Shown: one piece after another, positions 23,959 through 45,271 of the stretch
Numbering within the stretch: position 1 is the stretch's first letter
Layout: every line of letters starts with the position of its first letter
NCBI RefSeq assembly: GCF_032062105.1
Contig: NW_026930709.1
Coordinates: forward strand, 186,001-250,000
Direction: 5' to 3'
DNA length: 64,000 bases
DNA from: Saccostrea cucullata
Taxonomy: Eukaryota
Notes under the pieces: generated by a model
Database searches by the model: none
The model's input: the letters and a program-made list of their open reading frames with translations, nothing else
What the model was told of the DNA's origin: nothing
Translations under genes and position numbers: made by a program

Positions 23959-26900
23959 GGGAGCTCTAAACACTGACAATCAGGACAATTTAGGACTTAA
24001 TAGAAATATATTTTATAACTGAGTTCATAAATGATTTTTTAAAAATATTTTCATACATGGATGCCACCATTTTTAATAAAATAAAAATGATAGAAATAAG
24101 GGAATATGTAGGAAAGTGAAATTTTTTTTATTTTTTACACAAATAATTTTCTCCAAAATTTCTTGAAGTCTTATATCATTGTTACATAAACCAACATACA
24201 AAAAAAATTAAATACATAGAATGACCCCAACAGTTCAGAAATATTTTGACATTTTTTACAAAAGATTACAAAAAATGTAAGGATAATCACAGATATTTTT
24301 TGTATATATGGAATTTTTGAATTTTTCTACAAATCTAAATAAAGGTTTTGCTATTTGGTGCACAAAAATTCATATCTTACATGGTGGAGCCAGGTTTATA
24401 AGAGAGATAAAAAATAAAATAACATATAACTTTACAATTATAAAAACAAAGGGAAGTAACTCTTTACAACTGACTTGACAAATAATTGGACACCGAGTTG
24501 ATTATTTTCTTACACTTTGTAACTCTTGCTTTACCATTTACAATTTCTTGAAACAAGTTTTTTACTCCATCTTCACCATTTCTTGTGTGTGCTAGTTTAA
24601 TATAATTCAAATTCAAACCAGATTTTGCAATTTTATTTGCCATAAATTCTGTTATCACTTTTCCATGGACTAAGACGTCAAGAGATTTCAAATTGTCATT
24701 CTTTACTGAAGAAAACTTTAGATGCTGTAAAACATAATTGTACATGACACTTTGACTCAACAGAGTGTTGAAAGGAATGTTATGAAAGTTCACTAAATTT
24801 TGTAGGTCCATAGCATCAGTTAGAGCACAATGAGAAACCCCTGTTGACTGGATTCCTGCATCTCTCATAAGAGACTCCTGAGAAAAACTGCCAGTTTGTG
24901 TCTTTAAATCAGAATTTTTAAAAAACCTCCAAAGTGTCGATAAAGCCGGCAATGCATGTATTCATCACAATATTTTGTGACGTAATGTTTTGAATAAATA
25001 AAGGAAAGTCAAACCGTAATCCATTGTGGCTTACAAGAATGTTAGAATTCGAGTCCGATAACCACTCTGAAAACTTTTGGAGTGCTGATTTCAAGTCTGT
25101 TGTTGCAAGTTTTTGATCCCTGTAGTAAAGTTCATGGTTTTTCATATGGAGACCAGTCACACAAGTTGCATTTGCAGATATTGTACCATTGGGTTTTATG
25201 TATTTTTGAAATATATCCTGTCCTCTTGCAGCTCCTATTTCCAATATTTCTGCTGATGAACCTGTAAGACAAATCTGAGACAATGTATCTCTAGAAAAAA
25301 AATGTATATATCTATATATCAATGTCTCATGGAAATACATGTGTATATATATCTATATATAAAACTTTACCTAAACCTGTTGTTTCTAGGTCAAAGTAAA
25401 CAAATGTGCTATCAGTATTTCTTAGTGGTATTCTCTCTGGTTCAACAGTGGCACTTGGAATGGAATTGATGTCCTGCTCCTCATCCATTTTCTCTAGTCC
25501 AACCGACGTTTCATATGTTTTTCCTTCACGCACTTCTTTACAACCCTGATCTTGACTTGAGGATTTCCTAATTTGGCATCTCCTTTTCTTGTACTCTGCA
25601 CTACTCTGTCTTATCTTCTGTAACTTTCTTTTTCTGTCCATCTTTTCAACCGCCTTTTCTGTATAGGCTCCAGGAGACATATTCAGTTCATCATTGACCT
25701 GTAAATATACATGTAAACATAATCATTACTCCTTCACATGAAATGAGAATACATGTATATGATTATTTTATAATGCATAATTTTTTTGATTATCAAATAT
25801 ACTTACTTCTTGTATATAAGACTTTCCAATGTTTTTCTGTGCAACAGCTGCAGCGATTCTGAAACTTGTACTTTCTGATCCTGACAGAAAGAGGCTCTTT
25901 GGATTTTTTGATGCAACGATGTGATTAAAACTTTCGCATGCTTGTGTTGATCCAAGATCAGATAGTTTATCAGCTTGCTGTGCATACGTCTGAATAATGG
26001 CTTCCAAGTCCTTTTTCAACTCTGGACATGTTAGATACCTGCTGTATGGAAGATTCTGTGGAAGGTAACTTGCTGGATTCCGCTTATATTTACACCATGA
26101 AGGGCATGCCAGATGGTCTCCATACATATGAGGAATAATACACAACAAGGATTTTTTCAACTCTTCAGGTTTCTTCTGGTTCTGGGCAAGAACATAAGAA
26201 AAGCATTTCTTTAGATGTGTCATAGTTTTTCCTCTAAGTTGTCGATACTTTTTGAATCTTTGCAAATCATACAGTTTGTTTGAAAATGTTTTCTTCAGGT
26301 GATTTCTGTCACTGAATTTTGTAATACTTTGCTCACACTCTTTTCTTGCACGTGAGATTGTCGTACTGTCATCATCCATTACTAATTCATGTGGATGGAT
26401 ATGATCTTTTTCTAAGTCTTTCAACATCCCCACTATCATGTCAGGCTCCATAGCTTTGGCCGAGCCATCCCAATTCTTCCTGGAAATTAAAATATAAAAA
26501 TAAGCATGTAAAAAAAAAATAAATATAGACACTGTATTAATTTGCAGTGACCTTCAATAAATATTGATTTTTTTTTTACTTTACATATTCATTTTTATAT
26601 ATTATTATACATTTGATACTTATCAACTTCTTACCTGCAGTCATGGTCAATGGGCTGAATGCCTTTTCTTTTTGCATTTTCACAAAGTCTGCATTTTCTG
26701 CATCTATAATCATACCGCACTATTTTCCCAGATTTATCACCTATAAGTGAACTGTGACCTGTGGTTAAAAAAAAATAAAAAGAGATATATTCATAATCAC
26801 CTCATAAATAAGTTTTATTTACAAAAATATTTTTTTTTCTCAAAGTTTCTTCTTGAGTGCACTGCATACCTGAATAGCTGTTATATTTCCTTCCACTAGA

Positions 26901-28723
26901 TCTTGTTTGCCATCCAGCATCAGCCGCAACTCTTATTTCAACTTTCCTAAAAAATATATACATGTATATAAAAAACTACACTGTCATAGGAGAAATAAGA
27001 AAGACAAAAGGATGTTGAGATCATGATGCTTGGTATATTTTTTTCATAAAATTTAATTCCATAAAATTTACCCATCATTCATTTTTATTTCTTCATCAAG
27101 AGCCTCAGTGCAACTTTTTTTGGCAACAGATTCAATAGCCTTTCCTGCTTCTCTGTCTCTTTTCTTGACTGTTCCAGCCGCTACACCAGGGATATTCAAT
27201 GATGCAAATAACATTTGTAAATTAGAAAACCCTATTCCACTGCTGGTAATACCTACAAGACACAGAATGAATTGAAAATAAAATATTATTCACTATCAAA
27301 TATGCTGCATTATTAAATCATATTGCAAATTTTTCTGAAATTACCTGCACCAAGCTTAGTGTTCACATCCCAAATGTTTTTTTCATGCCGCTTTCCAGTG
27401 GGGATGTTTGAAATAAAACTGCATATAGTACACTACAAAATTAATGAAATATTTCATATGAGTCATGGCGATTACTTACAAAATTAGGTTCTTTTATTAT
27501 AATTGTTTATGTTGATGATGATGTATTTGACATTTACCTTTATGTACAAAATACTTCCAAGGCCATAATGCCTCTCTTGAAAACAATCACACAGATGTAA
27601 TACAGTCCCACATTTCTTGCATCCTTTCTGTAGCTGTGCTGCTAGCACACCAAGCTCAACCACTCGACGACCCTTTGTATGATACATGTATTTGTTTCAA
27701 AGTAAAATTGATATAAAAAATATCAATACGTAAAAGAAAATGGAATTGATGAAAACTAAAGTTCATTTTTGCATTCTACATGTTTTGTGCACATTCTGTG
27801 TTAAACTTGTAGCTTGCAGAAAGCCTTGAAAAAAGTAACAGAGACCCTTTCAAAATAACTGTTGTACTATTCTTTTGCAGGAAATTTCTTTAGTGAAATG
27901 TGACCTAGAAGCAATTGTTAAATATACATAATTTAATATCTATCAACAAAAACTTTTCCATACGTTATTAACTTGATTAATTTGTCCTGCAAAAGAGTAG
28001 TAACACAGTTATTGTCTAAAGAACTAATATGTAAGGTTTTCATTTAGAAATACCTCATGCCAGTCAAGTAAATTCTTTGAAACATCTGGGTGCAAAGTGT
28101 CTTCCTCATTAGTTTCGTCGGGCGGATCGTCGTTTCTATCGTTGCCTCTGTAATCTTCATCGGATGTATCTAATTCATCCTCGTCCTCTTCATCATATTC
28201 CGACCAACCCTCGTCAATGCTGGTACTCATAATATTTTTACCATGATTTGGGGGTTTTGAATAATCATGATCCATCCTTAACAAAATTTCGATAAATATA
28301 ATTACAACATTGAACAAAATATTCTATTACTTCTAAAGACATGATGTTTTTTTTCTCAAGTTTCCGAAAGCCGTTTTTAGAATTAAAATGACTATCGTGC
28401 AGTTACCTGGAGTCCTCTAATGTTTTTCTTTCAATTGCTTCAGATGTAGGAATTGGAGCAGACTTTATTTTGGGGCGAAATCTTCCGCTTTTATAGCGTT
28501 TTCTCAAACATGTCAAATTAGTGGACATGCTGTCTGTCATGTTGCCACTCTTTTCCTACCTTTTTATCCTAGAGAGCGGAAAGGGGAGTAATTCATTTTA
28601 TATTTTTAGAGTATTGACGGAATTTTTTTTCCCGAATAAATACGAAGGGCGGATCACTCCAAGCTCCAAAAAATACCGAAGCTACCGGAAGACTCTTTAG
28701 GCAGTGCAGTGTTTAGAGCGTCC
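23959..28723 (-). mobile_element. Kolobok-type DNA transposon (4765 bp)
   Basis: TTAA TSD at 23955-23958 and 28724-28727. 17-bp TIRs GGGAGCTCTAAACACTG / CAGTGTTTAGAGCGTCC (15/17 match) give GG...CC ends. Removing it restores the unit sequence gtaaTTAActcgggg seen intact in the other five units. Confidence 0.88.
24464..28540 (-). CDS. DDE transposase (Kolobok/Mutator-like domain) fused to DEDDh exonuclease, ~919 aa, 10 exons: 28407-28540, 28054-28276, 27538-27672, 27345-27432, 27072-27252, 26870-26946, 26635-26758, 25807-26479, 25371-25698, 24464-25261; one 1-nt frameshift at ~24920
   Basis: All 9 introns are GT-AG with consistent phases. Transposase motifs: WHEGRRVVELG, CKKC..CTIC, AADAGWQTRSSGRKYNSYSGH (D), CRLC..HDCRKNWDGSAKAMEPD, LVMDDDSTT (D), DRNH, HMYGDHLACPSWC, GSTQACESFN (E). 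Exonuclease motifs: FDLETTGL, SHNGLRFD, FIDTL, HCALTD. Confidence 0.85.
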
Positions 28724-31700
28724 TTAACTCGGGGTTCACGGTAATGACACCTATTATCTTTTTCACTGACCGCTATACCTTGTTTATGTTGTGACAGGAC
28801 GACCGTGTATAGTTTGCAGCTGTTTGAAATAACATTTTCTCTTTGTATGAGAACTGATTTTTTCAATCAAAACAAAATAAAAGTATCAAAAAAAACTATT
28901 GAGGGGTAAAGATTGTGCATAATGAGACGTTTATTTTGATATCCATCATGGAAGAAAAATAATTAAAAGTAGTTTAAATATGCTTCAAAAATACTTTGAT
29001 ACATATTCATTGTTAATCAGTTTACATAGAATATGCGAAACAAATCCCATTTTCGGGTATATGATTATTTAGTTTGCTTGTATCGTCAATTTAAAAAATA
29101 AAAACATTGTTTTTATAATGATTAAATACATGCAGTTAATAAGTTTATTTTTTTTTACTAATCAATTATTGTATTGATTTAAAAAAAAAAACTAAAATAT
29201 TCCAAAGTGCGCAGTGCCCCTACTTTTTTTTTTCTTTTCTTTTTTTTTATTTTTACAAAAGGTAGAAAGTCACTCCATTGTTAAATGAATAAAACATGAA
29301 TAAAATAAAACTCTACAGAAATACAATTTCTTGCGGATATAAATAATTGACTAATTTGTTTTTTTTTTTTAATTTCAAATATAAATAAATAAATTGTTTT
29401 TATTTATATTTATTTTATTATTTTTTTTTTATTTTTTTTTATTTATTTACTATGTATTTATTTCGCTGTAATCTGCTTTATTCATTAAATACTGGTTTGA
29501 CTTTGTACCATTTGTAAGAAACAAAGTCAGCAGGGGGTATTGGTGCATCTTGGAATGTTTTAGTGTTTAAAACCAAATCATTAATTGATTTTAAATACTT
29601 AGTAAATAAAAAAAAAAACTTATTAACTGCATGTACTTAATCATGATAAAAACAATGTTTTTATCTTTAAAATTGACGATACAAGCAAACTAAATAATCA
29701 AATACCCGAAAATGGAATTTTTTTGGCTTATTTTATGTAAAACTATTTACGCAAAAATATGTGTCAAAGTATTTTTGAAGCATATTAAATCTGCTTTTAA
29801 TTATTTTACTTCCATGATGGATATCAAAATAATCGTCTCATTATGCACAATCTTTACACGTCAATATCTTCTTTGATACTTTTATTTTGTTTTGATTGAA
29901 AAAAAAATTGAGTTTTCATACAAAGAGAAAATGTTATTTCAAACCGCTGCAAACTACACACGGTCGTCCTGCCACAATATAAACAAGGTATAACGGTCAG
30001 TGAAAAAGATAATAGGTGTCATGGCTGTGTACCCCGAGTTAATTACTGGTAAACATCAATGGCTTTGATGTTGTTTAGAAATGTGTTAGGGTTTTGAAAA
30101 CCGATTTTTTAATCAAAACAAAGTATCAAAAATCTAATTGACGGATTAATATTGTGCATAATGAGACGATTATTTTGATATCTATCATGTATTTAAAATG
30201 ATAAAAAGTCGTTTTAATACGCTAATAAAATACTTTGTAGAACATCTACGGATGCAAGTGTTTATATAAAATAAAACTAAAGAAACACAATTTCTTGCAG
30301 ATAAAAATGATTCATTAATTTGTTGTATTTTCAATTTCAAAAATAAATAGATTAATATTTTATTAATATTTTTTTTTATTATTCATTTACTTTACTTTAT
30401 TTATTTACTATGAATTTATTTCGCTGTAATCTGTTTTATTCGTTAAGTACTGGTTTGACTTTGTACCATTTGTTCAAAAAAAAAAAAAAAAAAAGAAATA
30501 ATATAATAAAAAAAAGAAAAAAAAAGAAAGAAAAAAGAGAGAGACAGCAGGGGGTATTGGTGCATTTTAGAATAATTAATTTTTTAAAATCAATACAATA
30601 ATTGATTTTGAATAGTTAGTAAACAAAAAGAAAATAAATAAACTTATTAACTGCATGTATTTAATTATGATAAAAACAATCTTTTTTTATTTTTAAAATT
30701 GAAAATACAAACAAATTAAATAATCAAATACCCGAAAATGGAATTTTGTTTGGCTTATTTTATGTAAAACTATTTACGCAAAAATGTGTTTCAAAGTATT
30801 CTTGAAGCATATTAAATCTGCTTTTAATTATTTTACTTCCATGATGGATATCAAAATAATCGTCTCATTATGCACAATCTTTACCCGTCAATAGCTTATT
30901 TGATACTTTTATTTTGTTTTGATTGAAAAAAAATGAGTTCTCATACAAAGAGAAAATGTTATTTCAAACCACTGCAAACTACACACGGTTGTCCTGTCAC
31001 AATATAAACAAGGTATAGCGGTCAGTGAAAAAAAAAATAGGTGTCATGGCTGTGTACCCCGAGTTAATTACTGGTAAACATCAGTGGCTTTGATGTTGTT
31101 TCAGAACCGTGTTAGGGTTTTGAAAACCGATTTTTTAATCAAAACAAAGTATCAAAAATCTAATTGACGGATTAATATTGTGCATAATGAGACGATTATT
31201 TTGATATCCATCATGGACTTTAAGTAATAAAAAGTCGTTTAAATATGCTAATAAAATACTTTATAGCATATTTTAGCAAATAAATAAAATAAAACTAATA
31301 AATCAAATTTTGGGGGATATAAATGAGCGATAAATTAAAAAAATAAAAAATAAATGAATAAATTTATATAATTCTCATTATTTATTTATTTATTTATCTA
31401 TTTATTCATTCATTCTTAATTCAGTCGAGTTGTAGATTTATTCACATAAGAAAATAAATGAATAAAATATATCTTTAGTTTATTTAATAATTTTTATTTA
31501 TTAAATAGACTTTTATTTTATTAATACATTCATATATCATTCCTTTCAATTAATTTTTTAATTCTTTGGTAAAACAAAAATATCCCATGCATGGATTTGA
31601 TAATGTATTCTCAAATGTTTAAATCTAGTTCTTTTACAAAGACAGTTATTACGCTCAAAGATGTTTCAAAGTAGATCAAATAAAAAATGAAAAAGTTATA

Positions 31701-34395
31701 AATATATATAAAAGGTCCATAAAGTACAATGTATAAGCCGTCTAGCATCACAAGATGAAATAAATTGCTAATTTATTGCTTCTTTATAATGATGCAATTC
31801 TCTGTCCTTCTCCCCCGAAATGCTACCACACTAAAATAATCACATTGATACAAGTAATAGAAACTAAATTACAGGGGATTTTGTTAAGGCATTTAAAAAT
31901 GTGTTAACTTTTTACTAAGTCTATATTTTCAAAAAAAAAAAAAAAACTTAAAGTTTTCAAGACTATATTATTTTTCACTCTTAAATGCAACAAAAATATT
32001 TTTTAAACTCCTTTTCTTGGCCAAAATAAATGTCAGGGGACGACAGGGAGTAGACAGGGAAGGCAGGGACAACGACAGGGGACGACAGGGACTGGACAGG
32101 GAGATCAGAGAATGTCAGGGGACGACAGGGAGTAGACAGGGAGGGCAGGGACAACGACAGGGGACGACAGGGACTGGACAGGGAGAGCAGGGACAACGAC
32201 AGGGGATCATAGGAGAAAGTCAGGGAGAGACAGGAAAATGTCAGGGACTGACAGGGGGACAACAGGGGATTTTTTGGAATCTAAGGGGATATTTAATTCA
32301 GTAGTGCTTTTGACCTTGAGCTGCATTTGAGAAAGTTCAACCCTAGGCATAAACTGCCATTCAGGGCATCAGTGTTTCACAAAAACAACTTTTTTATTTT
32401 TGCATTTATGAAATCATGGAGTCAAATTGGAGAAAAACTAATTGCTCAATGTAACTATTCTGAAGCTTGTATTTGATTCAGTGTAACTATTCTGAAGCTT
32501 GTATTTGATGTACATAATTACCAGTATATATATTTATTGAAGGTTTACAAAACCTAATGTGTCATATATTCCAGTTTAGAGCTCAATGGTTGTTCTTTAT
32601 GTTGAGCGTATTGATGTTGACTTTGGTGATGTATCAAATAAACATACCTGATGCTGTTGAACAGAGTGAATGTTCAAAACACTAGCACATATTTTGTTAG
32701 AGGAATAAGGAATTCTGATAAGCACTTCACCTTGCATTGTATATTCATTTTGTTTAGCAGACCTCTGTATATCATGTTGATGTTTTGAGCAAGTGGTAGC
32801 AAGTAATCTCAAACATATTTATGTACATGCTGTCTTGCAGCTTTGGGGATTTTTAAGTACATGTAATTACATATGTAAGCATTAATGTCCATAGAAAAAA
32901 GTAATTTGAATTACTCAGCTTCAAAAACTTGCATTTTGGGTAGAAAAAAGCATCTCTTTCCGAACATATGTTGCAGTGATATTGCTGGAAAGCTTACAGA
33001 TGTCCTTTTATTTAAATGTGGCAATAATAGCTAAATATGGAAATATTCTGAAATTAAAAAAATTTAATGTACTTCACGAATTATGGTATTCTGTACATGT
33101 ACATACTGTAAATTCATTTCAAATTTGAATTCATTAAGGAAACTAAAATCTGAATTACACCCGGGTAATTTCAAATAGTTTATTTGATTTGTTGTCTTCT
33201 GTTATTTACATAATATTTTCTAGTTGTTTACAAGCACTGTACCAAAAATACAAATGAATGTAAAAAGCATATGTATAATAAACTTAACCAAAATTGTTAT
33301 ATCTCTCTTCTCAACAGTTTTATGCATAAGCTCAATGAATTTATTATATCTTTTTTTTTCAACATTTTGTGCTAAACAAAAAAAAATATGATTTTACAAT
33401 AACTTAAAACAATTTGTACGAAAATACAATTGTTAACCATTCATGAATTGGTACATGTATGACTTAACAACCAAAATTGGACAGTTACAAGGTTTGTTTG
33501 CACATGATTTATAACAAAAAAAGGTGTTTAAAAAACCTGACTACAATCCATAATAGACAAGTCCTGTATATGTATTATTGCACTTTGTGTGTGTGGAGAG
33601 TCACTTTACAACCTTGTGACCTCGAAGCCTTCCCTGTGATCATCCAAAAAAATAGTGCCAGTTTTTCTCTTCAACATTCGTGCCAACATAAAGGAGAGTA
33701 AACAATTTATTTTATATTAATGTGCTCTTCTGCAATATGGTCATTTGATTTCAATTTTTTAAATAATTTAACAAATAAATAAATTCTCAAAAGTACATGT
33801 ATGTAAAAGAAAAAATCCAACTTTTGAATAGATTTAAATATTTCTTGAAACTGATTCTTGGATAAAGAACAGTTCTGAAAAAAAATTGTTAGTAATGAAA
33901 TGGTGGCCTTTAAAGACAGATATGTAGAAAACATCAATTGCAAAATGTAGAGGCAATATCAAAGCTGAACACAAAAGCTTTATCATCTCTAAACTTTATA
34001 ACATGAAGTGTTTTCCAGTGGACATGTTCAAAAGAGGCTGGTTCAAACCACAATTTCTCCCATAACCTTGAAAGTCCCAACAGTCAAACTAAAGGGTACA
34101 AAAACTCCTTTATGAAAAGTGGAAGACCACCTGACCATTTATTGGAATGCACCTCACTTTCAATAAGTCGGGGCAAGACTGCTTTTAATATCAGCACTAA
34201 TAATAAAAAATGACTATTAAATCAACCATAGACAATAAATACAGTTGCTGCAAATTAAATGTATACACCATACTTATACCACTTATAATGTACAAAAAAA
34301 AAGCATTTGTTCTTTTTCCCACACCCCTTCCCTGCATCAACTGTCACATGCTTGTAGGTTGATCATAAATAGATGGTTTCTAGCTTTGTACATGG

Positions 34396-44488
<10,093 letters not shown>

Positions 44489-45271
44489 CTAATATTTACT
44501 GCCTCAACTTGCAGACACATTCATTTATTGATCGGAAGTGCATACAATTTAAAACCAAGTTGTAATAAATAATGAGTCCGGAATAATATATCAAGAAACA
44601 CAGCATGCTTTTGCTTTTATTGTGTGAATGTTATTTATCCAATTTTTTTTACGACTTAACAGTGGATCATAATATCAATTATTGTGAAATAAAATATTTC
44701 TTTATAATTCTATATAAATCATCCCAATTTTGTAATCATCATCTTATTAAGTTAAAAACACTACACGTCAGTGTTTAAGTAGTCCTGAATGCCATAACAG
44801 AATTTTATTTGATAGATCTTTAAGACATTCCTTTTCAACTACGATTTCAGCATTGAAAGGCCGATATTAGGTAATTATTATTTTATACATTTTTTTTTCA
44901 TATTTTCACAGAAAATAAAAAAAAAATGGGTCTTATTTGCAATTAAGGTCATACACAACGTAGTTTGAACTTTATAAATTATTTGGCTCTTCCCTGAAGT
45001 TTAAGAATTCCACTAAATGAAGGACCTGTGTGCAATAATTTTAATTTCTATATATGAATCTGTACACCTCTTCTAAAACAATTTTGATGGAAAAAAATCT
45101 GGAAATTATGTATTGTAATTTTTGCATATTTTTCTTTGAATAATGCAAACGTTTTCATAATTTAATATCTTCCAAAAACCCCTGGTAATACATGCTGATT
45201 TTTTGTCTATGAACATCTGATGGCACTATAATCTTAAATTAAGAATATCTTGAAAAATTATCAGTAGGTAA

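Larger units (their letters stand above)
20750..31265. repeat. ~1.0-kb tandem units inside the foldback element: 4 in forward orientation (the 4th interrupted by Kolobok) and 2 inverted
   Basis: The marker atggatatcaaaataatc...ttatgcacaatattaat recurs at ~20805, 21820, 22818 and 23810, and inverted at ~30150-30190 and ~31170-31210. Each unit has an internal inverted repeat around a conserved ~250-bp core. Confidence 0.9.
19727..32306. mobile_element. Giant non-autonomous EnSpm/CACTA-type foldback element (12.6 kb, including the nested Kolobok element)
   Basis: Termini CACTACTGAATTAAATATCCCC ... GGGGATATTTAATTCAGTAGTG; 3-bp TSD CTT at 19724-19726 and 32307-32309. Inverted arms are near-identical over ~2.9 kb, with GC-rich subterminal (tccctgtc)n repeats. 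Confidence 0.9.
19402..32392 (-). mobile_element. HINE-like element split by the CACTA insertion (halves 19402-19726 and 32310-32392)
   Basis: Left half: tttttatgccc...ggggtata plus (tctg)n microsatellite. Right half ends gggcatcagtgtttcacaaaaacaact, similar to the reverse complement of the start of the HINE at 40237. Confidence 0.6.

Noticed and set aside
19727-32306. Interpretation as one autonomous element whose transposase acts on the long TIRs, or as a Polinton/Maverick
   Set aside because: The gene has its own TTAA TSD and short TIRs and interrupts a repeat unit. There is no EnSpm transposase, PolB, integrase or capsid, and the TSD is 3 bp.
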